Part shown: positions 1 through 13,100 of the stretch, piece by piece
Layout of the letters: every line of letters begins with the position of its first letter
Numbering within the stretch: position 1 is the stretch's first letter
From: Dimorphilus gyrociliatus
Taxonomy: Eukaryota > Animalia > Annelida
Assembly (NCBI GenBank): GCA_904063045.1
Contig: CAJFCJ010000006.1
Coordinates: forward strand, 1,377,647 to 1,441,646
Reading direction: 5' to 3'
Length of the DNA: 64,000 nt
Translations under genes and position numbers: made by a program
Notes under the pieces: generated by a model
What the model saw: the letters and a program-made list of their open reading frames with translations, nothing else
Database searches by the model: none
What the model was told of the DNA's origin: nothing

Positions 1-3000
1 ATAGCCGGGATGCGAGGCCTTGGGGTTGAAATAGCAAAGAACATAGTTCTTGGAGGTGTAAAAGCCGTCACCATTCAAGATACTGGCAAAGCTCAATGGG
101 GTGATTTATCTTCTCAGGTATATTCAGAATCCTATGTCTTTCAGTTCATTTCACAATAAACTGAAATTTTATGCATTTACAGTTCTTTTTGAGAGAAGAG
201 GATTTAGGAAAATACAGAGTTGATGTGGTTCAACCCCGTTTAGCAGAATTAAACAGATATGTTCCTATTAGCATTTACAAAAAGGAACTACAAGAGGAAT
301 TTGTTTCTGATTTCAACGTTGTCGTTCTAACTAACTCTAGCATAGAGGAACAGCGTAAAATAGCTGATTTCTGCCATACTAAAGATATCTGCGTCATAAT
401 TGCTGACACAAAAGGATTATTTGGGTTAGAAATCATTTCAATTTCCTATATGATTCAGTATTTTGTAAATATGATGTAAAACTATGTTTGACTGAAAGTT
501 CATTAATGAAAGTTTCGGATATGGGCCTGATTTTATGATTTTTGTTTTGATTATTTACAAACCTTATGTTCGATGTTATTCTATATTATCCTTTTAATTC
601 CAGGCAAATATTTTGTGATTTTGGCAAATCCTTTACTGTATATGATGATAATGGTGAACAACCTCTCTCATATATGGTGGCAAATATTGAGCAAAGCGAA
701 TTAGGCGTCGTCACTTGTTTGGATGATCAGAGACAAGAATTTCAAGATGGTGATTACGTAACGTTCACCGAGGTTCATGGAATGACCGAACTAAATGAAT
801 GCGAACCACGAAAAATTAAATGTTTAGGACCATACACATTCTCCATAGGTGACACATCGAAATTCAGCAGCTATAGTCGTGGAGGAATCGTTAAACAAGT
901 CAAAACAGCAAGAAAAATAGAATTCAAAAGTTTCAGTGAATCTCTGAAGTCACCGGAATTTGTCATTTCCGATTTCGCTAAATTTGATAGGCCAGCGCAG
1001 TTACATGCAGGCTTTCAAGCTTTGCACAAGTTTGTTCAAAGCAATCAAGCTTTACCAGGACCGAGAAACGAAAAAGATGCCGAAAAAGTACTAAATCTTG
1101 CAAAAGAAATTGATAGCGAAAATGGAGCAGCCGATATAATTAAAGATTTAGCAATGCAAGCCACAGGCGACCTCTGTCCAATGCAATCTGTGATTGGTTC
1201 AATTGCGGCTCAAGAAGTAATGAAAGCTTGTTCTGGAAAGTTTATGCCCATAGTACAATGGTTTTACTTTGACGCTGTTGAATGTATTCCTGCAGACACT
1301 GTTTTAACGGAAAAAGATTGCAAGCCTAAAAAATGCAGATACGATGGACAAATCGCTGTGTTTGGTGAAAAGTTTCAAGAAATTTTAGGAAATCAAAAAT
1401 ACTTTTTAGTCGGGGCAGGAGCTATAGGCTGTGAAATGCTTAAGAATTGGGCAATGATTGGATTAGCTTGTGGTTCCAATGGCCAAGCTTGGGTCACTGA
1501 TATGGATATTATTGAAAGATCTAACTTGAACAGACAGTTCTTATTCAGACCAGAAAATGTAGGAAAAACCAAGTCTGCAACAGCAGCTAATGCTTGTAGT
1601 CAAATGAATCCGAAATTTAACATATATCCTCAAGAAAATCGTGTTGGGCCTGAAACAGAAAATATTTATACAGATGACTTTTTTGAAAATTTGGATGGCG
1701 TTACTAATGCTCTGGATAATGTAGACGCCAGAATCTATATAGATAGAAGATGTGTATACTATCGTAAACCTCTCCTTGAATCGGGTACATTAGGAACGAA
1801 AGGAAACGTTCAAGTCGTTATTCCTTGGGTTACTGAATCCTATTCATCTTCTCACGATCCGCCAGAAAAGTCTATTCCAATATGTACTCTAAAAAATTTT
1901 CCTAACGCTATAGAACACACTCTACAATGGGCTCGTGATCAATTTGAAGGAATTTTCAAACAAGCCCCTGAGAGTGCTGAACAATATTTAAAGGACAGCA
2001 AATTTGTTGAAAGAACTCTCAAATTACCTGGGGTTCAACCAGCCGAAACATTAGAAACTGTGAAGAAGTTATTGGTTGATGAACGCCCAGCTAAATTTGA
2101 TGATTGTATTATGTGGGCAAGAAAGTTGTTTGAAGAGAACTACACAAATCAAATTAAACAACTATTGTTCAATTTCCCCGAAGATTATACGACTTCTTCG
2201 AATACTCCATTCTGGTCAGGACCTAAACGGTGTCCTCATCCTATTTTCTTTGATGCGTCAAATTCTGAGCATCTTGATTATGTAGTAGCGGCCGCCAATC
2301 TGAGAGCGGAAATGTATGGAATGACTGAAAGGGCTGATAGAAGTTATATTCAAAAGTATGCCGAAAAGATAAAACTTGTAGAATTTGTTCCACGTAGTGG
2401 AATTAAGATAGCTACGACTGATTCAGAAGCAGCAAGTGCTAATGATGATGGATGCGTTGATGAAGAGACCTTACAAAGACTGCTGAGTCAAATTCCAAAC
2501 TGTCAACAATTAGACGGTTTACAAATAAAAGCCATTGAATTCGAAAAGGATGATGATACAAATTTCCATATGGATTTTATTGTTGCCTGTTCTAATTTGA
2601 GAGCTACAAATTATAATATTCCAACAGCGGATAGACATAAATCGAAACTTATAGCTGGTAAAATCATTCCAGCTATTGCAACTACCACATCTTTAATTGT
2701 CGGTCTTGTTAATCTTGAATTATATAAAGTATGATATTTATTAATTTTTTGTATAAAGATTGTATAAGCAGCTTTTTCAGATTGTTTCCGGACAAAAGAA
2801 AGTTGAACGTTTCAAAAACGGTTTCATTAACATAGCCTTACCGTTCTTTAGTTTTAGTGAGCCAATGAAGGCTGCTGTTCATAAATACGCCAACGAATAT
2901 TGGACTCTTTGGGATCGTTTTGATATTAAAGGAGATGCAAAACTGAAAGATTTAATAAGTTTTTTCCAAAAAAAGCATGGATTTGAGGTGACAATGATTT

Positions 3001-3206
3001 GTTATGATGTTGCCACATTGTTTTCAAACTTTATGGATAATACGAAGAAAGAGAGACGATTAGAAATGAAAATTTCTGAAATTATTGTAGAAGTTACAAA
3101 GAAAGAAATACCTGATCATATTAAATCAATTGTTTTAGAAGTTTGTTGTGATGATCAGAATGGAAAGGATGTTGAAATACCTTACGTTAAATATTCGTTA
3201 AGATAA
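1..3206 (+). CDS. UBA1: Ubiquitin-activating enzyme E1, copy A (5'-truncated by the window), with divergent C-terminal UFD exon
   Basis: Exons <1-117, 183-424, 604-2728, 2781-3206 with GT-AG introns. Motifs: [11 protein letters not shown]-binding motif, SNLNRQFLF, catalytic Cys in [21 protein letters not shown], and a UFD ending [10 protein letters not shown]. Confidence 0.95.
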
Positions 3207-4151
3207 TTGAATACGATGAAGTTGATTTTTTTTCGTTATTTTGTCTTTAGAAATATTCTGAAAATTTTTTTGTTGGAAAAAGCTTCACTTTATATTACAT
3301 TATTTTTTTCATTGCACTTGACAAATACATAACGCTTTTCAAAATGATTTCATTACCTAATTTAGGAACTTGTTATAATTGTAACAGAAGTGGACAAAAG
3401 AGCTTGCAAAATTATAATTATTAAAGATTTTAAATATATGTAAAATTATTGTCAAATAATTGTATGGTATAAAATTTTTCTCAAGATCAAGAAATTATTT
3501 TGCGGATGAGTAATATATCAATATTCATAAATCTCTCATTTCAGCCAATCACCGAACGACACAAATCTTACGTCATTATAACGAAGAGGAAATTCCGACG
3601 CTATCTGAGCAACGTCAATTTTTAATCGATTCCTACATTGTGTCAAAGCTTTCTACAGGCGGCACTTGGCAATTTTAAATTATTGCTGAAAATCGGAGCA
3701 CAAGGCTCATCTTCTGCAAAAATACAGAGGTTGAATCCACCAAACTTCTAGGAAAACACTTGCTGATCCGGCTCCGCCGGCCATTGGGTTAGTTCATTTT
3801 TAGAGTAGGGTTGGTACTTATACGTGAGAATAATTATTTTGATTTATCTCAATTAACATGCTTAAACATTTTAAAATATCAATTGAAAAATTAATTTTAT
3901 TAAGCATCATAATATAATATGTTGCTCTTTCAAAAATTTATCAGATATTTTGTGTTTGTAAGCTGCCACACCTGTCCTGACCTGATTACGAATATTCTAG
4001 CATTTTTCACTTTGAGCTGACTTGTCCTTAAAAATAAATTATTTGTCGCAAAACTGCATCTAATCTATTTAGTCGACGCAATTTTAAATATTGCTTAAAA
4101 TTTTGTAATTTTATTTCCGATCATTGGTCAGTAGGCTTTCCGTCTTCGAAT

Positions 4152-4161
4152 CCGCCATTTT
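4152..4161 (+). promoter_or_regulatory. YY1-like motif CCGCCATTTT at the probable UBA1-B transcription start, before a non-coding first exon
   Basis: Sequence match only. It is followed by a GTTAG donor near 4216 and an acceptor (TTTTTAG) directly before the ATG at 4348. Confidence 0.4.
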
Positions 4162-4347
4162 TATTTCAGAAGCCGGCACGTTCCCTGTCGTTCGAAAGAA
4201 AATTCGATTACAGCCAGTTAGATTTTGATTTCGTCTTCATATGACTTCTAAGTTTTAACTGAAAGTGTAAATTATTTAGCTCCCGCTTTGTTAAGCTTGA
4301 ATACCTCTGTTACATATTAATACGACATATTTTTTTTATATTTTTAG

Positions 4348-7300
4348 ATGTCTAACAGTAACGACCAGTCTCCACCGGCAAAAAGAACGAAATTAGATAT
4401 TGTTAGTCGATAACTTCATTTAAATCGATGAAAAAATACATCCTTTTATATTTTTGATAGATGAATCAGAACAGTTCAAACGGCATGGAAATCGACGAGA
4501 GCTTATATTCTAGGCAGCTGTACGTTCTCGGACATGAAGCAATGAGAAGAATGGCTCAATCAAACGTTCTCATAGCCGGGATGCGAGGCCTTGGGGTTGA
4601 AATAGCAAAGAACATAGTTCTTGGAGGTGTAAAAGCCGTCACCATTCAAGATACTGGCAAAGCTCAATGGGGTGATTTATCTTCTCAGGTATATTCAGAA
4701 TCCTATGTCTTTCAGTTCATTTCACAATAAACTGAAATTTTATGCATTTACAGTTCTTTTTGAGAGAAGAGGATTTAGGAAAATACAGAGTTGACGTGGT
4801 TCAACCTCGTTTAGCAGAATTAAACAGTTATGTTCCTATTAGCATTTACAAAAAGGAACTACAAGAGGAATTTGTTTCTGATTTCAACGTTGTCGTTCTA
4901 ACTAACTCTAGCATAGAGGAACAGCGTAAAATAGCTGATTTCTGCCATACTAAAGATATCTGCGTCATAATTGCTGACACAAAAGGATTATTTGGGTTAG
5001 AAATCATTTCAATTTCCTATATGATTCAGTATTTTGTAAATATGATGTAAAACTATGTTTGACTGAAAGTTCATTAATGAAAGTTTCGGATATGGGCCTG
5101 ATTTTATGATTTTTGTTTTGATTATTTACAAACCTTATGTTCGATGTTATTCTATATTATCCTTTTAATTCCAGGCAAATATTTTGTGATTTTGGCAAAT
5201 CCTTTACTGTATATGATGATAATGGTGAACAACCTCTCTCATATATGGTGGCAAATATTGAGCAAAGCGAATTAGGCGTCGTCACTTGTTTGGATGATCA
5301 GAGACAAGAATTTCAAGATGGTGATTACGTAACGTTCACCGAGGTTCATGGAATGACCGAACTAAATGAATGCGAACCACGAAAAATTAAATGTTTAGGA
5401 CCATACACATTCTCCATAGGTGACACATCGAAATTCAGCAGCTATAGTCGTGGAGGAATCGTTAAACAAGTCAAAACAGCAAGAAAAATAGAATTCAAAA
5501 GTTTCAGTGAATCTCTGAAGTCACCGGAATTTGTCATTTCCGATTTCGCTAAATTTGATAGGCCAGCGCAGTTACATGCAGGCTTTCAAGCTTTGCACAA
5601 GTTTGTTCAAAGCAATCAAGCTTTACCAGGACCGAGAAACGAAAAAGATGCCGAAAAAGTACTAAATCTTGCAAAAGAAATTGATAGCGAAAATGGAGCA
5701 GCCGATATAATTAAAGATTTAGCAATGCAAGCCACAGGCGACCTCTGTCCAATGCAATCTGTGATTGGTTCAATTGCGGCTCAAGAAGTAATGAAAGCTT
5801 GTTCTGGAAAGTTTATGCCCATAGTACAATGGTTTTACTTTGACGCTGTTGAATGTATTCCTGCAGACACTGTTTTAACGGAAAAAGATTGCAAGCCTAA
5901 AAAATGCAGATACGATGGACAAATCGCTGTGTTTGGTGAAAAGTTTCAAGAAATTTTAGGAAATCAAAAATACTTTTTAGTCGGGGCAGGAGCTATAGGC
6001 TGTGAAATGCTTAAGAATTGGGCAATGATTGGATTAGCTTGTGGTTCCAATGGCCAAGCTTGGGTCACTGATATGGATATTATTGAAAGATCTAACTTGA
6101 ACAGACAGTTCTTATTCAGACCAGAAAATGTAGGAAAAACCAAGTCTGCAACAGCAGCTAATGCTTGTAGTCAAATGAATCCGAAATTTAACATATATCC
6201 TCAAGAAAATCGTGTTGGGCCTGAAACAGAAAATATTTATACAGATGACTTTTTTGAAAATTTGGATGGCGTTACTAATGCTCTGGATAATGTAGACGCC
6301 AGAATCTATATAGATAGAAGATGTGTATACTATCGTAAACCTCTCCTTGAATCGGGTACATTAGGAACGAAAGGAAACGTTCAAGTCGTTATTCCTTGGG
6401 TTACTGAATCCTATTCATCTTCTCACGATCCGCCAGAAAAGTCTATTCCAATATGTACTCTAAAAAATTTTCCTAACGCTATAGAACACACTCTACAATG
6501 GGCTCGTGATCAATTTGAAGGAATTTTCAAACAAGCCCCTGAGAGTGCTGAACAATATTTAAAGGACAGCAAATTTGTTGAAAGAACTCTCAAATTACCT
6601 GGGGTTCAACCAGCCGAAACATTAGAAACTGTGAAGAAGTTATTGGTTGATGAACGCCCAGCTAAATTTGATGATTGTATTATGTGGGCAAGAAAGTTGT
6701 TTGAAGAGAACTATACAAATCAAATTAAACAACTATTGTTCAATTTCCCCGAAGATTATACGACTTCTTCGAATACTCCATTCTGGTCAGGACCTAAACG
6801 GTGTCCTCATCCTATTTTCTTTGATGCGTCAAATTCTGAGCATCTTGATTATGTAGTAGCGGCCGCCAATCTGAGAGCGGAAATGTATGGAATGACTGAA
6901 AGGGCTGATAGAAGTTATATTCAAAAGTATGCCGAAAAGATAAAACTTGTAGAATTTGTTCCACGTAGTGGAATTAAGATAGCTACGACTGATTCAGAAG
7001 CAGCAAGTGCTAATGATGATGGATGTGCTGATGAAGAGGCCCTACAAAGACTGCTGAGTCAAATTCCAAACTGTCAACAATTAGACGGTTTACAAATAAA
7101 AGCCATTGAATTCGAAAAGGATGATGATACAAATTTCCATATGGATTTTATTGTTGCCTGTTCTAATTTGAGAGCTACAAATTATGATATTCCAACAGCG
7201 GATAGACATAAATCGAAACTTATAGCTGGTAAAATCATTCCAGCTATTGCAACTACCACATCTTTAATTGTCGGTCTTGTTATCCTGGAATTGTATAAGG

Positions 7301-7784
7301 TAAGTGTGTTGTTAACTTTATCTGATAAAATGAATTTTATTTATATTGTGTTTTGTAGCTTGTTTCTGGACAAAAGAAAGTTGAACGTTTCAAAAACGGT
7401 TTTATAAATTTAGCTTTACCATTCTTTGGATTTAGCGAACCGATATGTGCACCTAAGGTGGAATATTATGATAAGGAATGGACTCTTTGGGATCGTTTTG
7501 ATGTTAATGGAGAAATGACTTTACGTGAACTTTTAAATTATTTCATGGATAAACATGGACTGGAAGTAACAATGCTTTCTCAAGGCGTCTCCATGTTATA
7601 TTCATTTTTCATGGCAAAAAACAAGAAGGAAGAACGTTTAGGAATGCTTATTTCGGATGTTGTTCGCAAGGTTTCAAAAACGAAAATTCCAACTCACGTA
7701 AAAGCACTTGTATTGGAAATTTGTTGTAATGATAGGGATGGGAAAGAAGTAGAGGTGCCTTATGTTAGATATATTTTGCCGTGA
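4348..7784 (+). CDS. UBA1: Ubiquitin-activating enzyme E1, copy B (complete, canonical UFD)
   Basis: Exons 4348-4401 ([21 protein letters not shown]-like), 4461-4688, 4754-4995, 5175-7299, 7359-7784. [12 protein letters not shown] at the N-terminus; UFD contains the canonical [15 protein letters not shown] and ends [10 protein letters not shown]. Confidence 0.97.
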
Positions 7785-8197
7785 CTTTATTCTTATTGCC
7801 ATAAAGGCGCTATGTAATATTCTCCTCACTATTATTAATACAAGAAAAGGCAGTGAAATGTTTGTTTCTTTTTATATTTTATTATATTACATTAATTTTT
7901 AACTGTAATTGAAATATAGTTATTGTCCTTCCGATATAGGAATTCGCTTAGGATGGATATGTAGGTATGTCGAAATAGGTTGATAATAAGTATTAGCATT
8001 AATTATCCTTGTGGTTAAATTAAATTTTGTAGAGGTTAAGCATTTTTTTTTTCGAGATTTATGAAATGTCTTATAGCCATTATGTAATTTCTTTTTTCTA
8101 ATCATGTCCAGAAATTTTCTTTTCTTGCGGAAACGGAAATTTTCGAAAGGTAAAGGTCGATTGAATCAGCCGGTGACCTAAACTCGAAGCTATTAAG

Positions 8198-9409
8198 ATG
8201 CTTTCTCGCTTTTCTCCCGTTAAACAGTAATTATAATATGACTTTTTCTTGTGTTTTATTAAAAGCTATTCATTGGTAATCATTTTGACTTGTGATGATG
8301 ATTATACTGAATATAGGTTAATAATAAATATGTTTGTCTGAAAACGAGGTGACCTTTTGAATTTTAGAGATAACTTTAACACTTCATTCATGTTGATAAT
8401 CTTAGTCGTTATATTTCTTTTTTAAGAATTTGGTCAATTAATGTTTAAAATTATTCTTATTTTTAATAGACAGAGTTTTAGCATATTAATTCATTCAATT
8501 TCAAAGAAATATTTATCATTGCATAATTTCTACAGACTGGTTAACTTCTCTAAGTTGTCATTTGCTGCTCTTCGTCAGAAGCATACTCTTCCTGACCTTC
8601 CTTATGATTACAATGCTTTGGAGCCATATATTTCTGCAGATATCATGCAGTTGCATCACAGTAAGCATCACGCTGCTTACGTAAACAATCTTAATAACGC
8701 AGAGGGGGCTATTGAGGAAGCCAAAAGTAAGGGTGACTTGAACACCGTTATTACTTTACAGCAAGTTCTAAAATTCAATGGAGGAGGTCACGTAAACCAT
8801 TCGATTTTCTGGCAAAATCTAAGTCCTAATGGAGGTGAACCAACTGGAGATCTTTTAGAAGCTATAAAGGTTTCAATCTTTTTGAATATTCCACTGACAT
8901 TTTCAGAGTAGAACTACAGTAGATAATTAAATAATATTTGAAGTTTGTAGGATATATGTATACTACTATCTCTCAGAGAAAGATAGTTAACGACCTTTTC
9001 ATTCACAAATGACAATGCAATTATTTTATGAATTATTGACACGTTTTTCCCCTTATCAACAATGATGAATATCTATAAAATTTCAATTTAGAGGGACTTT
9101 GGAAGTGTTGAAAAAATGAAAGCGGCTATTAGTGCTTTAGCCGTAGGCGTCCAAGGATCTGGTTGGGCCTGGTTGGGTTACAATAAGGATAGAGACCGTT
9201 TGTCAATTGCCGCCTGCCCAAATCAAGATCCTCTACAGGCCTCTACTGGCCTGATACCTTTGTTCGGTATCGATGTTTGGGAGCATGCCTACTATCTTCA
9301 ATACAAAAATGTCCGACCCGATTACGTCAATGCTATCTGGAATGTTGCGAACTGGAATGATATCGAAAATAGATACAATTCCAACAGAAAGATTGAAACT
9401 CGACAATAA
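8198..9409 (+). CDS. SOD2: Mitochondrial manganese superoxide dismutase
   Basis: Exons 8198-8226 (MLSRFSPVK presequence), 8536-8869, 9092-9409. Motifs [54 protein letters not shown]. Confidence 0.97.
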
Positions 9410-10036
9410 GAAGATACTTGTTTAAGTTGGTTTTTCCATTAATGTAACAATTACGTCAGCGTTAAACAATTCCTGTCTCTTACAGAAGCCGTATAAAACT
9501 TCTTCACACAACTACATGTGCCGAAGACAAGAAACTTGATGACTTCTATCCTATGCTAAACCTTTGTTTTCTCCCCCAATTCGGCTTGTATTATTGATTT
9601 TATTTTCATAATTTCTTTAAACAATACAGTAAAACAAGAAATTATAGTAATTGTTGAAAAAAGAATACTCCTTCCTTATATAAACATGTAATAAAGGCAC
9701 TTAACGAAAATACAACCTTTCAATAGCTTTGTCGATTTATTTATAAACTGAATATGTATTAGTTATTGACTAGTTGAATCTAAAACAAAGGTAAAAAAAA
9801 TGGATATCCTCATTCTTTTTTAATGCAATTAACAATTGAAAATTCACAGTAAAGTTGATTTAAAAGAAAAAAGAAAATCATGAAAGAGAATATGACCTAT
9901 TTTTTCCTTTTTTATCTTTTTTCATCTAAACGAAAATACTGATTCTGGAAGATGCTTTCCTTCTCTTCCTATTTTTGTTTCTCTTTTGTACTGTATATTT
10001 TTTTTTACTAGATATGGACAAATATATGTATAGCGT

Positions 10037-10044
<8 letters not shown>

Positions 10045-10068
<24 letters not shown>
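10045..10068. repeat. (TA)n microsatellite; similar tracts near 10790, 26550 and 31760, and (GA)n near 26775
   Basis: Directly visible dinucleotide runs in UTRs and introns. Confidence 0.9.
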
Positions 10069-10187
10069 AAACACAAATTAACAGATCTATTTAACTCGTA
10101 TAAAAATAAATTTAGCACCACAAAAACGACCAGAGGAGTTAAACAAGAGTAGCAAAAAAATTTCACTAATAATACTATGTCAAAATG

Positions 10188-13100
10188 TCAAGAGAAGCCA
10201 GCCATTTCTTCTTCGTCATCTTCTGAATCACCCGACTCCTGCAATAAGAATCTTATGATAATTTTACAAAAGCCCATTATCTTAGAAATGTTTATATTTA
10301 ATTTCTATTACCTCTGACGAGTTGACTAACTGCATAGTCAATTCCTGATTATGCATCATGTGTACTTGAGATTGTGTTAGATCCTTAAGTCTTTGCTGTA
10401 ATTGTACTCTCTGCTCTTTAAGTTTTAGAACCATCTCACCATTCCTACAATCGCCACGTTGTTCTAATAGAGCAAGGTGAGCATCTTTCTCGCTTATAGC
10501 CGATTGTAAAGCATCTTGCTTTAAATCAAAGACGTCGCGCATTTGATCCGCATGTTCATCGCGCATACTACCTAGACGCTTCTGCAATAGTTCATTAGTT
10601 TTGCGCATATCTTCATTGCACTTTCGCTCCCTTCGTAATTCTTCTTCCAGTTCATTAACAACTAGTTCACGTTGAGCAGTTATAGTGACGGATTGACGTA
10701 ATGCTTCCTCTAGTTCCCCTACTCTTCCGGAACGTTCTTGTATTGCTTTCTAAACGCACAATGGTATATAAATATATACTGTATGTATACTATATATATA
10801 TATATATATAGATACACATATACATATACATACAAATGTGTTCTGTATATACAGTATATGTTATTTACTACTAGACGACAATATACAGAGAGATTTTAAA
10901 CGAAACATAAATAAGAAAAATGAAAATTTCGCCTATGTACAATTTATATCATTTTTTTTCTTTTTCTTTATAGCCTAGATCAAGAAATATTATTTTGTTT
11001 TGAACTAATTAAATCAGTTTTTTTTTAAAAAAAAATAAAATAAAAGTCATCTAATTTCACACGCGCATTTTACTGCTTAAAACGGTAATCCGAAACGTGC
11101 TGCGGCCGACTATTTTGTTATTTTTTTTTTTTTTTAAGAATAGAAGAAATAATAAGAAATAAAATTTAAATATTTATAATAATAATAATTATGAACAGGT
11201 TAAAAACAAACCGTCACCAAGAGGCAGCGTGTGGAAGGATAACGACATACAAATTAGTATTTAAGATATCTTTCTTTTTTATATATATTTTATATACAGT
11301 ATATATATATATATAACGAGTTTGTCTTTCATTGGTCTTTTTTTGGCAAAGTATATATATCTAATATTGTGTTATTTAGGAAGTAAATTACCTTAAATTG
11401 AGAAACATCCTCGTTCGCTTGATCCGATTTCTTCTTTTCGGCTTGCTGCATTTTTCTTAGACTCTTAACCTAATTTGAAAAACATATATGAGTTCAATTA
11501 CATTAATAGGGTTTTCTTGAAAATCCTCAAGAAAACTATAAATAGGAAGAACAATGGGAAAATTTTACAAAAGGGGAATCATTGATTGATCACCTGGTCG
11601 TGCAGCTCATTTAATTCTCGCTCGGCTTCAGCTTTAGCCCCTTCTACGGTTGAAAGTAATTCCAGTAATCGATCTGTTTCGTTCTGAGCCTGTTTAACCT
11701 TTTCATGGGCCTTATTTCTTTCTTCTGTTGCAGATTTGCACGATTTTTGGGCATTTTCTAATTGCTCTTTAACAGTATCCAGTTCAACTTCCGTCTCTGC
11801 TAACTGCATTTGTAAATCGCTAATTTGATTGTCTTTTTCCGTCAGTTTGGTTTGTAGATTTGCCATTTGAGAATCGCTGTTTGTTTGAAGTTCATTCAAA
11901 AGAGATTCCCTATTGGCTAACTGATTTCTCAATTTAAGCATCTCTGTATCCTTATTTCCACGAAGTGATTTGACTTCGTCTTCGCGTTTAGTTAACGCAG
12001 CGCGAAGTTCACCCACTTCACGTTCTTTATTTGTAAGTTCGGACTGTGAAGAATCTACTCGTTGGGCTAATTCGGTCAAGGCTTCTTTCAGTTGATCAAC
12101 TATCATAGATTGTTGTTGGCGTTCCTGAGATGTCTTATCGTTCTCTTTTTCTAATTTTTCGCGATGTTGTTTCAATTGTTCCTGTGCATTGGCCAATTCA
12201 CTGTGCTTCTCTTTCAGCTCTTGCTCGTAAACATCAAATCGTTTTTTATAATCGACAAGAGAGTTGTCTTTTCCACGAATATTCGATTCCAGAACGTCAA
12301 CCTGTAAATATAAGGAATATGTACAAATCATATAAGGACATTTTGTTTTTTCTTCAGCATTTAATATTGCAGGCACGTTTAACCTTAGTTTTCATTTCTT
12401 TTATAAATTCTTAGCGTTGTGTAAATGTCAAATCTTATATAAAAGCAATGAAAGCATAGCTAAACATCAAACGCGTGACAGAGTATTACAATAGTGTATC
12501 GAATGAGATCAAATGCCTGTTTGTCAAGATTACCGTTACTAGAGATCTGTTGCGAATCATCAGAAATATTAAGAATGGAATCCAATATCTGCTTTTAGTT
12601 AATCTTTGAAATGATTTTTAATGGTTTAGCTATTTTCCCAAGTACCCGGCTCTTAAACAAGAGAGACGGAAAGAGAGCGGAAGTAGATTGCTTACAGTTA
12701 AGTATCACTCTCAAATCAACGTAATGGCAATTACTTATTTAAAGACTTTTGCTTATTATGAAAAGAGGAAAATTGTATTTTCTTTCAACAAACCTCTTGC
12801 ATCAACGTCGATAATTTCCTATCCTTTACTGCCAAAGCGTTCCGACACTCTTCCAATTCGCATTCCATTTCGCTCATTTCCGCTCGAGTAGCGTCTAAAG
12901 TTTTATTCGCATTAACTCCATATTCTTCTCTCTCACATAAAACTCTCTTTAGCTCTTCAATCTAATCAAACATCATTTGTAGTTATTATTCAAATTAATG
13001 TATAGTACAATTTCGATGGTCTCTTACTTCATGTAGTAGCTTTCGAACTTCGACATTTTTTAGTTCAGTTTGTTGTTTGTTCTTGTTCAACTCGTTGCGC

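Larger units (their letters stand above)
1..7299 (+). repeat. Direct tandem duplication with 4571-bp period (1-2728 matches 4572-7299)
   Basis: ORF starts are offset by exactly 4571 (171/4742, 566/5137, 2076/6647). About 14 mismatches found by eye in 2728 nt; the two internal introns look identical. Confidence 0.97.

Noticed and set aside
2076-2285. Alternative-frame ORF (and its twin at 6647-6856) inside UBA1
   Set aside because: Shadow ORF with no recognisable features; it is duplicated only because the host gene is.
1-7784. UBA1 duplication as a simple uncollapsed haplotype
   Set aside because: Allelic copies would also match in the last intron and last exon; these are unalignable and about 57% identical in protein, respectively. 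A chimeric assembly is still possible and needs long reads.
7920-8105. Short AT-rich ORFs in UTR/intergenic DNA (also 16722-16916, 27651-27875, 31287-31469, 32697-33139, 42339-42539, 46156-46347, 55574-55807)
   Set aside because: Low-complexity, F/I/L/K-biased products typical of random AT-rich frames; no splice or homology support.
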